Below, piece by piece: positions 41,128-55,758 of a stretch of DNA of 64,000 bases. Under the pieces are notes generated by a model, which searched no databases, was not told where the DNA came from, and saw nothing but the letters and a program-made list of their open reading frames with translations. Origin of the DNA: Eledone cirrhosa. Its lineage: Eukaryota. The first letter of the stretch is position 1. The number at the start of each line of letters is the position of its first letter. Made by a program: the position numbers and the translations under genes. The stretch is taken from the NCBI GenBank assembly GCA_964016885.1, contig OZ024751.1, forward strand, positions 51,088,001 to 51,152,000. Direction: 5' to 3'.

Positions 41128-41290
41128 CTTCAAAAGGCATGCTTGCTGGGAACAGCAAGAACCCTCCAATACGTCCTGAATATCTGAGGCTGCAGGTAGC
41201 GGCTTGATATTCATTCCAACAAACTTTCCAGTTAAATAACATCAATGACTGAGACTCAAAGAACAACAATAATAATAATAACAATTATAG
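41128..41290 (+). mobile_element. 3' end of the R4/Dong family seen at 7293-8420
   Basis: Matches 8253-8410 and ends in (AAT)n. Confidence 0.88.
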
Positions 41291-41363
41291 CAATAACAAT
41301 AACAATAATTTCAAAAATTTAATAATTATTAGTTCTAACATAATTTTTTGGTATGTTGATGTT

Positions 41364-41394
<31 letters not shown>

Positions 41395-41788
41395 CTACAA
41401 TGACAACAGCAGTTACAATGATGAGAATGATGATGGTGATAATGATGATAACAATAATGGTAAAACTACATAAAAAATATATGTATATTGAAGAAATATT
41501 AAAAATAAATTGTAAAAGAAACCACAAAAAAAAAAGCTAAAAAAATACAAAATTCTTAAGATTCCAAAACTTTTGACTTGTGGCCAACTTTACATATATT
41601 TCAATGGTGCTGTTTCAATTCTGCCTTCGAACGATGAATTCTGATTAATTGTATACTTAAAATTAATTACTGCCGTCAATTAGAAAAATGGCAAATTAAT
41701 TTTTGTTTTGTCAATTTCTTTTTATTAAAAATTGTATTGTTATTTATATTATTTGTTTTGTTTTTGTTTTTAGTTTTTTTTTCTTATG

Positions 41789-41959
41789 AAGTCATGTGAC
41801 CTATATTGTGGAATAAGGTGGGTGGGGTTTGATGTGGTTCAGTGTGGTTCAGTGTGTTGGTGTATTCACAAATATATATGGGTATATATATATACCTATA
41901 TGTATATCAAACCCCACCCACCCCACCAAACTTGTTCCACAATATAGGTCATATGACTT
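41789..41959. repeat. Short inverted-repeat element (MITE-like or fold-back)
   Basis: AAGTCATGTGACCTATATTGTGGAA..GGGTGGGGTTTGAT mirrored at 41906-41959. Confidence 0.7.
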
Positions 41960-42019
41960 ACCACACTTTCTTTCTTATTTATATATATATATATACATAT
42001 ATAGAAGAGCTTCTACAGG

Positions 42020-42230
42020 ACTACAATGAGCACTCGATGCTCTTGGGGAGCAGAGTATCAATAATAATAATATATAAGGGAACTAAGAATCAGTGTTGCC
42101 TCATATACATATTTAATTACATATGTTTCACTGCCGATCAGCTCAAGGAACGATCGATCAATGATCGATCCTGACTCTGTAATCGGAAGCTCCTCCGATA
42201 TGTGTTATCATGTAGACTCACACCTAAGAG
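42020..42230 (-). mobile_element. Family C element with long-stem-II HHR-like motif (42116-42199)
   Basis: AT-CGGAGGA-GCTTCCGAT...ATCGGCAGT-GAAA-CATATG-TA-AT; downstream part resembles 9110-9190. Confidence 0.55.
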
Positions 42231-43600
42231 TGGTTGGATAGTTAGATAGTTATCATGATTCATTAATGGCACACACTCTGCTAAAGGAATACGTTATCGT
42301 CATATTCATCCTGTTAAATTGTATTTGGTCAAATCTCGGTCAAATGTTATAAAAATAAAGCACTAAGAGAAAGAAATATATATATATACATATAGACTAG
42401 AGAAGAATGCCTAGAATGGCTATGTTACTGAAACTATCTCTGAACACTCTGATATGTAGTACAGCACAGAAAAGAGATTAATTTTGAACATCCTATAACG
42501 GTTTAACAGAAAATATCTAAAATTATTTTGTTAATTATGATGTTTATAGTATCTTAACTACTAGACAGATCATTGTACAAATTAGCTGTAAACTGAAAAA
42601 GACTTTAATTTTTAACGTGATGCTGTCTTAGTGCTGTTTTATACTTTTCAAGAATGTTTGGTTAATATGACATTAAGAATTAAGAATGAAGTCTTCTGCA
42701 TAAAGAATATATAGTTAAGTGCAAACTAACAAACCTAATGCACTGTGTCAAAATGCTACATTTTTCCCATTACAGGTACAATTTCAATTGATTACAAATT
42801 CTTTCTGGCTCACTACATTAATCAAAGTCAGAGCGTATGTTAAATGATATTTCTTAAGTGCCAATAATGTTTTTCAATTCAATAAATGAGTAAGTGTAAT
42901 TATATAGATTTTCAGCTCAATTCTGTATAGTATTATAGTCATTTGGTGTTGCTATGTTAGTTACTATGTCTAAAGGTGGTGAATTGATATTACCATCTAA
43001 AAAATAATAAGTATTTTAAGGCCATTGTCTCTGTTAAAGTAGAGGCTAAACAGGCAGCCCTCATTTATTCTTTTGAAGCAATGTTGTATGACCAGATGCC
43101 CTTCCTGGTGGCAACCCATTTAGTTGCCTCTTAGGATACAGTATGTATGAAACTTAATTCCTGATAAATTTGTATGGGCACCGTTGTAATAAACAGTGTG
43201 TCTTGGGCAGAGTCCAAATCTTCTCCAGGTTTGAACACAACCGATTTCTTCCAGAGAAAGTGAGATAGTGGTAGAGAGGAAGTGAGAAAAAGAATCTACC
43301 CCAGTATCAGACTGATCCTTTATCTATCGATCCTAAAAGGATGAAAGTCAAAGTTGAACTTGACAGGATTTGAACTCAAAATATACAGAGTCAGAACAAA
43401 AACTGCAAAGGATACTATCTGATACTCTAACGACTTCAGCCAATTTGCAGCCAGGATATAGTATACCTATTCCAAATCAGAATAGGTACCACAGGGTAAG
43501 AAAAAAATTCCTTGGCATTTCTAGCAGATGTGGAAGCATTGTCAATTTGCCAAATTATTTACCAGTGCAGAGTTCATTTCTTTCTGGAAGAGAAACTACC

Positions 43601-43817
43601 TTAACCCTTTAGTATTTAAACCAGCCATATCCGGCCAAAATTCTCTCACCTCTTTCTGTTCAAACTAACCATAACTAGCTACTCATACCAATGTTAAGGT
43701 ATTGTTCTCAAAATAAATGATATCAAAATTTCATAGATTCGATATTATGTGATGTAAAGCCTTTACTGTGAAAGTGTAATTGTAAATATAGAGTAATGTA
43801 AATGCTAAAGGGTTTAA
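43601..43817. mobile_element. piggyBac-like MITE remnant
   Basis: TTAA-CCCTTTAGTATTTA ... TAAATGCTAAAGGG; related to 54098-54621 and 46390-46483. Confidence 0.65.
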
Positions 43818-44079
43818 AGGACATGCATTCTATCCAAGTGGAGTGACGTAGTGTTTACTCATTGTATGATATGAAAACTAAAGATGAACGCCAAGCTATA
43901 TCGTTGAACAGGGTTCAATACAGTATAGATATCTAGCTAGCTATGCATACTCATAAAGAATAAGGTGTCCTATTTTCATGAATATTCTTAAATCAGAAAT
44001 AATGAAATCTATTTTATAGAGAATAATCAACCTTTTATTAACCGTAAAATAGGACACAACAATTGAACAGTTTTTTACA

Positions 44080-44134
<55 letters not shown>

Positions 44135-44449
44135 TGTGTATGTATATATATATATATATATATATATGCACATATATGATATATATGCATATGTACATAT
44201 ATATATATACATATATATTTATATTTATATATATATATGCACATGTGTATATGTGTGTATGAGTATGCATATGTGTATGTATATATATGTGTGTGTGTGG
44301 TTTTCTATGGCTATTTCCATTGAGTTATTAGGCCTTATTGTATTCCGAGATAATTCAATATTTATTTCTGTTATAGCTTTATTTTTATGAAATTTATATA
44401 TTTCCTTATTGGCACGCACACACATGCACAAATATATATATATATATAT

Positions 44450-44502
<53 letters not shown>

Positions 44503-44606
44503 TACATATATATATAAATAAATATATATATATGTGTGTATATATGTAACTATATATTTGTATATATATATGTGTATATATATATGTATATATATATATA
44601 TGTATA

Positions 44607-44769
<163 letters not shown>

Positions 44770-44950
44770 TTCCTTCAAGGTTTAGTAGCCCCTGCTGAAC
44801 CATTAAATAAACATTCTGGCCACAAAATTCCGAAAGCAATTTATTAGAATCTATTTAATTTGATGGTCTTAAAAATGCCAGAATGTTGTTGAATTTTGTC
44901 TGCTATTTCATTACAACAATTCTGCCTCTTTAATCAATATATGTTTGTAT

Positions 44951-44981
<31 letters not shown>

Positions 44982-45029
44982 AATGTGTGTGTGTGTGTGC
45001 ATATATGGCCCCACCAAAGTATAACAATA

Positions 45030-45084
<55 letters not shown>

Positions 45085-45135
45085 CACACATATATATATT
45101 ATATATATGCGCGTGTGTGTGTGTGTGTGTATGTT

Positions 45136-45210
<75 letters not shown>

Positions 45211-45288
45211 CATCAGGGAAGCCTGCTTTCTTGATGATTTCCTTCGAATGAAACAGTTCTGGTCCTGCAGAAGCCATTTTTATATTAA

Positions 45289-45347
<59 letters not shown>

Positions 45348-45543
45348 GTGTGTGTGTGTTCCACTAGATAATGTATTGTTTTGTAGGTTTAAATGCCAAT
45401 ATGTGTGATATTATAGTGATTATTGTCCCAACTACTTTATCTTTGCTATAAGATGCAGGGAAAAGTTTTCACCCATTATCTTAGTTCTACTAAACTCTTT
45501 ACATGGCTTGCTTTCTTTTTTCATTGCTTCTTAGTTTTGTTTT

Positions 45544-45583
<40 letters not shown>

Positions 45584-45618
45584 CACACCCACACACACAC
45601 ACCCACATATATACATAT

Positions 45619-45619
<1 letters not shown>

Positions 45620-45650
<31 letters not shown>

Positions 45651-46020
45651 TTTACGTCCGTTTTTCCCTGCTTGCAAGGGTGGGACGGAAACTGATTCTG
45701 GCTTTATTTCTACAGCTGGATGCCCTTCCTAACACCAACCTCATTTACAGTGAGTGCTGGGAGCTTTTTTTTCGTGGTGCCTACACGTCCATTTTACACT
45801 GTGGGCTGGGTGCTTTTTTGCCGTGGCACCTCCATGACCACTTTGGAGTGGAATGATTTGGACCTCAGTCCTATCATCTTATTTCTACAGCTGAGTAAAG
45901 TGGAGCAATGTGAAATAAAGTGTCTTGCTCAAGGAAACAACACATCACCCGGTCTGAGAATTGAACTCACAACCTTTCGATTGCAAAGCCAATGCTCTAA
46001 CCACTAAGCCATGTGCCTCC
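45620..46020 (-). mobile_element. SINE S1 with an extra internal repeat unit
   Basis: As 64-404 plus a duplicated GCTGGG..TTTTT..CGTGG segment. Confidence 0.87.
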
Positions 46021-46135
46021 ATATATATGTACTTATATATATAATTATCTATTTATCTATCTACCTATCTCTCTATCTTTATGTGTGTGTCTGTCTATCT
46101 ATCTATCTGATTTTTATATTTTCCTCTTCTTTCAG

Positions 46136-46165
46136 ATAAATAGCAATTTACCTTTACAATTGAAG
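46136..46165 (+). other. Candidate 30-nt micro-exon (INSNLPLQLK)
   Basis: TTTTCCTCTTCTTTCAG acceptor and AAG|GTGGGT donor; only phase 0 is open. Confidence 0.35.
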
Positions 46166-46904
46166 GTGGGTGTATTTATGTAAGTATATACATGTGTGTG
46201 TATGTAAGTATATATATGTATATGTATGTATACATCTATGTGTCTATGTATATATATATATGCAAAAAGTAAACAGAAAGAATAACAAAGGAAACAACAC
46301 TGTACAAGGAAGAAATATATTAGTTTAATGCTTGATATAGTGGGAAAAGAGTCTTAACGTTTTGGACACTAGTCCTTCATCAGAAGATTGAATTCGATAT
46401 TATGTGATATATTTTGTGAGATAAAGCCTTTACTGTAAAAATACAATAGTAAATATAGAGTAATGTAAATGCTAAAGGGTTAAGATAGTATAGTAAGATT
46501 TGAGGGTGATCTTGCAACAATTTCTAGCAGTTCAATTGACCACATAGTGGCTTACTCATTGGCTCATAAATGTTTAGCTTTGAATATTATGGTTTACTTA
46601 GCTTAGGTTTATTCCATTAATCTTTATTGGTAAATAAATCTTCTTTTACTACCATGGCTATGATTAATATTCCCAAATAATGTTTATTTTATATCTTCAC
46701 CTTTTTATATTTATAACACTGGCGTTCATTTAGTACAATTAAAAATCTTAATTCACCTTTATGTGAAAATGGCACAATCTCTGCGGATGAGCTTATAGTG
46801 AAAAAGACAAAATATATTTGTATGCATACATGTGTATGTGTGTGTATGTGCATGTATGTGTGTGTATGTATATGTATATGTATGTATTTATATATATATA
46901 TATA

Positions 46905-47540
46905 AGTATGTATACAAACAAACCAAGCATTATAATAAATGCTCGGTAAATCCATACATACATATATATATGTGTGCATGTATGTATATATATATACATA
47001 CTACTGTACGTCTGTATACATATATGTATGTATGTATACATACTTATATTAAAGTAACAGCTGTACTGAGAGTGAGAAATTTCATTTCATTTCATTTTTT
47101 TCCGTTTATCATTTTCAGTGCGCCCAGCCGATTAACTCACTCGATATGCAAATTAGGCTGCTCAGCCATTAATATGCATAAGGAAAGTATATACTTTTAG
47201 ACATTCAATCATCTGGCAGGAAGGTATACGTGCTGACGATAGCTAATAAGCTTGAAACTAGTACATCGTTCCTTTGTCAGTGTTGAACAAAAGGGCAACA
47301 ATGGTTGCTAAACACTGTACGGCTTAATACGGAATGTTTGTTTACAAACAAACCAAGCATTATAATAAATGCTCGGTAAATCCATACGTACATATATATA
47401 TGTGTGCATGTATGTATGTATATATATATACATACTACTCTACGTCTGTATATATATATGTATGTACGTATACATACTTATATTTAAGTAACAGCCGTAC
47501 TAAGAGTGACAAATGAAATTTCGTTTCATTTTTTTCCATA
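46905..47540 (+). mobile_element. Family B element as a ~1.5-mer direct repeat (period ~430 nt), HHR 47228-47269
   Basis: CAAACAAACCAAGCATTATAATAAATGCTCGG at ~46915 and ~47345; CTGACGA-TAGCTAATAAGCTT-GAAA-CTAG-TA-CATCGT lies between them. Confidence 0.8.
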
Positions 47541-47615
47541 TATATATATATATCTAACCCATTCTAGCATGGAAGGTGGACGTTAAACGATGATGATGAT
47601 ATATACATATATACA

Positions 47616-48960
47616 CTAGCTGGCCTGTCCGGCTGGCGTCCGGCTAGGTATACCGGCATTTTATCTTTTCAGGAATCCCCCCTACACTCCAGTGCAAAGA
47701 TACCGCACGCCCTCTCAAGTCAGCGAGGATGTGGGGGGGGGGGGGGGGGCTTAACGTGCTCTGATGTTGGGTTTGAATAGCTTTTAGGATTCCCCAGTTC
47801 AGCAGCCAGTACGTTAAAGAAAATTGATAGTTACAACAATAAAAGCTGAACAGAGAACAAATTTTTTAGAAACAATAATTTGTACAACCATAATGGAAAT
47901 TCCAAGTAACAGAAAATATTTAAATTACATTGTTAGAGCCTCAGAGTATACAATATTTTTTGTTCGGCCATCCGGAGCAAAGATGAAGAGATTGTTTGGC
48001 AAGCTCACCCTAGAGCATCCTACATACAATTGACCATGGGAGAATCACTGATCTCGTAGCTCGTCTCGCGGAGAAGCTCTGTAGACGTTGACCTCTAGAC
48101 ACTCCTGTCAGGAGCAGGTAAGCTGTAGTGACTTAGAGGCCCACCATCAATATCAAGGACACTGTTTTCAAGATGTCATCATATGTTACGTTCGGATTGT
48201 GTCTGCATGTGAGGTGGAGGATGTCCTCAGCTAGACTTTTGCGGTGGTTGTTCCACATTACGAGAGGGTCGGCGAGATCGCAGTTGTGCAGCATAATAGC
48301 AAAAAGTTTTCACAGCTGAGAAGGGACTTTAGTAGTTGCTGCTTCTTGCAGGGTGAGGTGCCAATGGCTGTCATCGTGTAACATACCACATATCTGGCAA
48401 GCCAAACGGTAAGTGGAACATTGATGGCCATTGATGGTTCTCAGATTTTGGAAAGACTGTGGTCCTCTAACCTCGAACAGTAACAATGACGATAAGCCGT
48501 TTGTGCTTTCGTGCAATAAATAGGTTTTTGTTTTTGTGTATGCAAAAATATCTGTACATATTAAAATAACAGATTAAAGTTTAAGCAAAGAATCGCTGCT
48601 TTCACCTTTAACGGGATCTTCTGAAACTTAAAAAGTCAGTCTGTGAACGCAGAAGTAAATATTTCGAAAAACGTTATCTAATGCAGACAGCCAGACATAC
48701 AGACTAAGAAAAAGAGGGGAATGTTGTGCGGCGACGTCATAAGAAAAAGTGAGGAATGACGTATAACCATAAGTGTTGACATTTGAATTGTTAAAGAAGT
48801 GAATATTTAAATAATGTCTTTAATCTTTTAACAAAATGCAGTAGACAAAAATAGCCTCACGTTTATAGTTACATCTATGGTGCAAATTTGGTGCTGTTCG
48901 GTCCAGCCGATTGGCGGAAAGTTTGTTACCTACATACGGCCGTCAGCTTTATAGTATAGA
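47616..48960 (-). mobile_element. Internally deleted Helitron with both termini and RepHel remnants
   Basis: 5' TCTATACTATAAAG; 3' CCGG..CCGG hairpin then CTAG; inserted between A and T. Remnants LLLFEVRGPQSFQNLRT..LHDD..W..L.EA..QL (48310-48490) and QLYVGCSRV..TKNIVYSEAL (47935-48032). Confidence 0.88.
48560..48680 (-). mobile_element. Family E HHR fragment (48578-48628) nested in the Helitron
   Basis: Reverse complement of ~18770-18885; core CAGAAGA. Confidence 0.75.
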
Positions 48961-50419
48961 TAAATATATATACACACACACACACACATATATATATGTA
49001 TATCACAAACCCTCCATCTCAATTTTACTTTTGAAAATCATAAGGACTGTGAAACCGGTGAAGGAAATAAATAAATATTCTTAAAAGACTCCAGTTGCAT
49101 TTTTGATTTCTTTTCCTTATAATTTCACCCATGTGGGACATCCTTTTTTTAAAAAAAAAACCTCAAATGTATATATATATATATATATATAATCATTGTT
49201 TAACGTCCATCTTCCATGCTAGCATGGGTTGGACGTTTTTGTCCCATTTGAGGTGAGATTGGTTGGGAGACCGTGGCTCACTCGTACAGAACTGTTTATA
49301 TATAAATATATATATATATATGATCCTTAATGGAATTGATCTAAACACCTCTAAATTGTTAGTGCAACAGCTCACACTCCTTGTTCTTCTAGATGTTATT
49401 TGTATTACCGTGATTGCTACACAATATCAGGATTTGTTCAGCATTTTAAAATATTAAAAGCATTAAACACTTATCCCCTAACAGCAGCTGTTTTATTTCC
49501 CCCTCTGGACTTCCATCCATGTAACTCACCACTCTCAAACATTTCTATTCCAATGTTGATAAACGGTAAATGATTCTACTTTGCCGTGTAAACTGTATCG
49601 AGAAGTGTGATATGTAATGTTGTGTGATTTATATCTCACCTTCATTTCCTGGTTTTCTTATCCGTAAAACCAATTACAGGTGTTAAGAAAAACACCTGTA
49701 ACATTACACTTAACAATGTTTATGTGTGTGTGTATGTTTGTGTATTTCTGTGTGTGCATGTGTTGTGTGTGTGTATATATATATATCATCATCATCATCA
49801 TCGTTTAATGTCTATCTTCCACGCTAGCATGGGTTTAGATAAATATATATATATTAGACAAATATATATATATTTATCTAATATATACAGGGAAAAGCGG
49901 AGGTAAAATGATGATGATGATGATGATGTATATATGTATATATATATATGTCTATGTGTGTATATGTCTGTGAATGTGTATGCATGTATTTGTGTGCATG
50001 TGTATCTGTGTGTAATTATGTGTGTGTGTGTGTATGTATATGTGTGTATGTGTATATATGTGTGTGTGTATATGTGTGTGTGTATGTCTGTGTGTGAATG
50101 CATGTATGTGTGTGTGTGTCTGTGTGTGTATGTACAGATACTATGTTACATCACTGTTTGCTGTTATAAGATAATGTATGTAGTGTTGTGAGTTATGTGG
50201 TGTGTGATTAGATAAAGTAATAGAGCTGCTGTGTGGTGTGTTGTGTGTGATGAGATAAGGGAAGGCTATGCTAACTAATTTGCCCACACTACTAATACCA
50301 TTATAATCATTATAAAGAGTGCCTCCAACAACAACAAAATACCCACCTCCAACACCCTACCGCCAGCACACCACCACCACCACTAACACTGCCACCTTCT
50401 TTATTACCATCTCCATGGA

Positions 50420-51123
50420 AGACCACCACCACCAGCATCACCAGCATCACTACCATCAGCATCACCAACATCACTAGCATCACTATAACCACCACCAGCC
50501 AAAAAGACCACCAGCACCAGTATCACCAGCATCACCATCATCACTAACATCACCACCGTCACTAACATCACCACCATCACTAACATCACCACCATCACCA
50601 CCATCACTAACATCACTAACATCACCACCATCACCACCATCACTAACATCACTAGCATCACCACCATCACTAACATCACTAACATCACCACCATCACTAA
50701 CATCACCACCATCACTAACATCACCACCACCAACATCACCATCACCACCATCATCACCACCACCACCATCACCACCACCACCATCATCACAATCACCATC
50801 ATCACCATCATCATCACTACCACCACCACCACCACCATCATCACAATCACCATCATCACCATCATCATCACCATCACCACCACCACCACCATCACCACCA
50901 TCACCACCATCATCACCACCACCACCATCATCACTACCACCACCACCACCACCATCACTACCACCATCATCACTACCACCACCACCACCATCATTACCAC
51001 CATCATCACTACCACCACCGCCACCACCATCACCATCATCACCACCACCACCATTATCACTATCACCATCACCATCATCACCACCACCACCATCATCACT
51101 ATCACCACCATCATCACCATCAT
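50420..51123. repeat. (CAC/CAT)n-rich compound tract with CATCACTAA units
   Basis: Directly visible. Confidence 0.95.
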
Positions 51124-51585
51124 TCTCTTATGACCAACAGAACCCTTGTGTGAAATAAATGATCCATTTGTAGTTTGTTATCGTAATAGGTTGAAAATAA
51201 TTAATAATTCAGCATTTATTTTAATGAGACATGTAATGTGTCAGATATATGTATATTTAGGAACTATGTTTAGTGTGAGTACTTGCAAGGAGGTAATTCG
51301 TAAGTTAAGGATTCACTGTGATGTATGTGTGATTTTGATGTATTAATGTTGTAAACTGAGAATTAATGTTGGGTACAGGTATGGCTAAGGGTAGTGAATT
51401 GACAGAGTTATTGGAACATTAGATAGAATGATTAATAGCATTTACTTCAGCTCTCTGTGTTTTGAATTCAAACCCTGCAATGGTTAATTCTATGTTTTAC
51501 CCTTTTGAGATCAATAAAGTTCCAATCCAGTAATGGGAATGATTTTTTCCTCTATGTCCTCTTTCCATGCAGTATATATATATAT

Positions 51586-51760
51586 AAGTGCCAAGAAATC
51601 CAAGTGGAAGGAAGACGCAGTAGAAGAAGACCACGGAAATCATGGATGGAGGTGGTGAGAGCTGACCTCAGATCGCTGAAGCTCAGAGGAAATGCTGTGC
51701 TGAAAAGGACCTGTCCCACCTTTGCAAGAAAGGAAAAATGGACGTAAAATGATGATGATG
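51586..51760 (+). mobile_element. RTE-c 3' end with internal deletion
   Basis: KCQEIQVEGRRSRRRPRKSW; ends GGACGTAAAA(TGA)n. Confidence 0.8.
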
Positions 51761-52217
51761 AGGATATATTTAACCAAATAAAAAAGATATATCAATATAT
51801 ATATAGAGAGAAAGATGTACACAGGTGGAATCATAAGTAAAAGCTTATAGCACTATTTCACTTATGATTTCACCTGAGTACATGTTCTTCTATAGAATAT
51901 GTATTTTGTATACAATATACTGAGTTTCTTGTATGATATATGGCTCTTTCTTTCTCTATATTTACATATATCTTTTTCATTTGGTTATTATGGCTCTAGA
52001 TAAAGTCTATTGAGCTTGCTTATTGAGAAACACAAAATTCTAAACATATTTGATATGTTTTGATTCATTATTCTTATATTCAGTCCAGAATTAGCCGTCG
52101 AAACGGCTTGAGCTCAGCCGTCGGGGTCTTACTTGTTCCTATTACCCACTCTACTACCCTAAGTATTGAGTACTTTGGTGCGTTATGGTCCACCTGGTTC
52201 CTTACCACATTTCCTTC

Positions 52218-52275
<58 letters not shown>

Positions 52276-52357
52276 CAGATACACATATATATATGGCTAA
52301 ATTTTCTTTTGCAATATATATACAGATGTGTTGGTATCTGTGTTTCATCATATATAT

Positions 52358-52431
<74 letters not shown>

Positions 52432-52493
52432 GTATATATATATACGTATATATACATATGTATATATATGTATATATATATATGTATATATAC

Positions 52494-52573
<80 letters not shown>

Positions 52574-54097
52574 GTATATATATATATGTATATATACATA
52601 TGTATATATATATATATATATATATAGCAGTGCCTCAGCATGGCTTCAGCCTGTCGGAACATGTAATAGAGTCATATATATATATATTTTGTAGTAATTG
52701 TAGTTGGTTTTGAAATTTCCAGAATTACTCTTTTTTTGTGTCTTTCATTGTATATGTGTATATGTCTAAGCTTGAAGATCTGTCACTGTGTTTCATTTTA
52801 TTTGAAAATAATGCGTAAATATCTAAGCTTGAAGTTCTGTCCCTGTGTTTCATTTTATTTGAAAATAATAATGTGTGCTTATGTTATGGCTACTTCCATT
52901 GTAACAAACACCTCTACTTGCTATTTATGAGGTAGCCATCTTGTAAGGCACATAAAAGCTACAAATCACTGTTAAAATGTGTAAACAGTTTAACAACCCT
53001 TTTATTATTATATTTTCTATAAAAAAAAAATAAACAGTGTTTATGATTTTCAAACAATTTAAAAAAAAAAAGAAGAATTGTAGTGTTTTCATTTTTAAAC
53101 TGATGTTTGAAACAAATTAACAAACTTTTCTCATATAAAATTGTGATGGAAAGTTTAAATTTAAAAATCATCACTATAAAATAATATATCATAGAACAAG
53201 GGCAGTTTGAGGTTGTTTGGTATCAGAAGAGTTAAAACATCTGAAGAGAAATTCTTCTTCTATGCTAGGTAGTTAAAAACTTTCAATTTTCGCAAACCTC
53301 TTGGTGCTTAAAAGGAATAAATAAACAATGTCTTGTACATCAGATTTTCTGAAATGTGACCGTTTACAGTGAACAATAGCAACAACAATAATACAAATAA
53401 AAATGTGATTACAGGACTTACATAGATGTACACACACACATACATATATACACACAAACATATATACATACATATATATAGACATAGTTTCTTAAAGTTG
53501 TACTCTAGCATGGTGCCGTCTGATGACTGAAACTAGTAAATGAATAAAACATTTCTATATACATACATATAGGCATACATATATGCATATATATACATAT
53601 GTATATATATATGTGTATATATATATATATATAAATGTGTGTGTGCATACATATACACACATATATATATGCACACACACACGCACACACATACATCTAC
53701 ATCTACACATTTATACACATACATATGTATATATGTATATGTATGTGTATAAACACACACAAACACACATACACACACACATATATATGCACACTCCCAC
53801 ATACACATGTATGTCCATGTGTATGGAACTTTATACAAATACATTTACATTTATCACATGTAAATCAGGACGGGGAAAAAAATCTGAACAGTGTATTGAC
53901 GAAGATGTTAATTAAGACCTACCTTAATTAATTTTCTCAAATCTTGTTTGGCAGCAAAACACAGACAACAAACAAAACAAGGCTACAATGAATTGTCACT
54001 GCACTATTCCTAAAACTATCACAGAATATTGACTTGTTTGTTATATTGGTTGTATAAAGTTTCAGCTTTCAAATCTCTTGTATGTTTGCTCTTTGCC

Positions 54098-54621
54098 TTA
54101 ACCCTTTAGTATTTACATTACTCTACATATACTATTGTATTTTCATGGTAAATGGTTTATCTCACAAAATTATCTCACATAATATCGAATCTATAAGATT
54201 TTGAAATTATTTATTTTGAGAATAATACCTTAACATGAGTATGAGTGGCCGGTTACAGCTGGTTTGAACAGAAATAGTTGAGAGAATTCTGGCCGGATAT
54301 GGCTGTTTTAAACTGGCCATATCCAGTGAGAATTCTCTCACCTCTTTCCGTTCAGACTGGTTGTAACTGGCCACTCATACTGATGTTAAGGTATTGTTTT
54401 TAAAAATAATATCAAAAATCCATTATAATGAAATTCACGGGGTATAAAAAAAAATTTGTTGTTACGAAAAATTCTTTATAATGAGATTGATGTAACACAT
54501 TGAGCTTGTGGCCGGGGTTAAAAAAAAATTTGTTATACTGAAAAATTCGTTATAATGGTATTTGTTATAACAGAATTTTACCTGTAGTATATATAGAGTA
54601 ATGTAAACGGTAAAGGGTTAA
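54098..54621. mobile_element. piggyBac-like MITE (TTAA TSD, ~35-bp TIRs) with an internal fold-back and a nested insert
   Basis: TTAA-CCCTTTAGTATTTACATTACTCTA ... TAGAGTAATGTAAACGGTAAAGGG-TTAA; internal inverted repeat ~54222-54400. Confidence 0.75.
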
Positions 54622-54769
54622 TGATTCAGACTTCTTGGGTCAGAGGCAATAAACATGTATAAGCCAAGTATGTGGCTGTTTGGTCAAGAAGTTAGCTTCA
54701 CAATTGTGTGGCTTTGAGTTAAGTGCCACTGCATAGTACCATGGGTAAATATTGACTTATCTATACAAT

Positions 54770-54988
54770 GGTTTCTGATTTAGGTACAAGACCAACAATT
54801 TTTGGGGAAGGAAAAGTCAATTAAATCGACCCCAATGGTTTACTGGCACTTTATTTTATCAACTTCTTAAGGCTGAAAGGCAAATCTAACCTCAGCAGGA
54901 TTTTAACTCAGAACCATAAAGGGCCGTAACTCTATGTCATGAAGCATGTTGTTCAATGCTTTACCGATACTACCAATCCACCACCTTC
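54770..54988 (-). mobile_element. SINE S2, degenerate
   Basis: Matches the S2 consensus in reverse complement. Confidence 0.75.
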
Positions 54989-55434
54989 AGACTTATTCAT
55001 ATAATATTTACAAATGTGTATTTGTATGGTTGTTTCACGATGCATAACACACTAAAAGAAGCAGCTCTAAGTGAGTTGTTGTTGTGATAACTAACCACTA
55101 CAAAGTCAGTTTTCCAAAAGCGAGAAAGCATTTAAATATAAGTTTGAAAACAGAGGTGATGGCGAGGAGTTCCAGTTAGATCTATTCTCTTTCTCTCTTT
55201 CTTGAAAAACCACACTTCATATATTATTTTTACTAGGCACAAATACAAACTGCATCTCATTCAGGTTAATTCAGTCCCTAATCAGCTATGCTATAACTCT
55301 TTCTGTGATCTTCATGATCGGCTCAATCAACTTGATGCTTCTATAGCTTTCTCTGACTAGAGTAGGAGTCTCCAAACCTTTTAGACCATTGGCTCCTTCA
55401 TGGAATCATTTATCTCTCACCAACCCCAAGCATG

Positions 55435-55758
55435 TACCCTGGGCATGCCCACAAAGTCAGAAAACAGCACAGTTCCCATGACTTTTGGAAACATTTTTCC
55501 ACGCTCAGAGTTGCTGAGGCATGGAACAAACTACCTTCATCAGTTGTTAGTTGTGGAGACACTGCATCCTTTAAAACCTCCATGTTTCCTGAAATTCACC
55601 AACACTGCGCCTGATATCCCCCCCTTGTATATCATGACTTATACACTGTCCACTTTCCTGACATTTGTACATTATTCTATGTACTTCACATGCACCTTTG
55701 ATGAGTTGTAGTGCACCTGAGCACTGTACACAATAATTTCATTATTATTATTATTATT
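55435..55758 (+). mobile_element. CR1-clade LINE 3' end with (ATT)n tail
   Basis: GHAHKVRKQH..KHF..RVAEAWNKLPSSVV..SFK, a typical CR1 ORF2 C-terminus. Confidence 0.75.

Noticed and set aside
51770-51990. Hairpin at 51810-51890 and flanking imperfect inverted repeat
   Set aside because: Real but single-copy and AT-rich, with no ribozyme core, TSD or family assignment.
53515-53545. CTGATGA-CT-GAAA-CTAG-TA
   Set aside because: Stem II is absent and stem I does not pair; at best a decayed remnant, so not annotated as a ribozyme.
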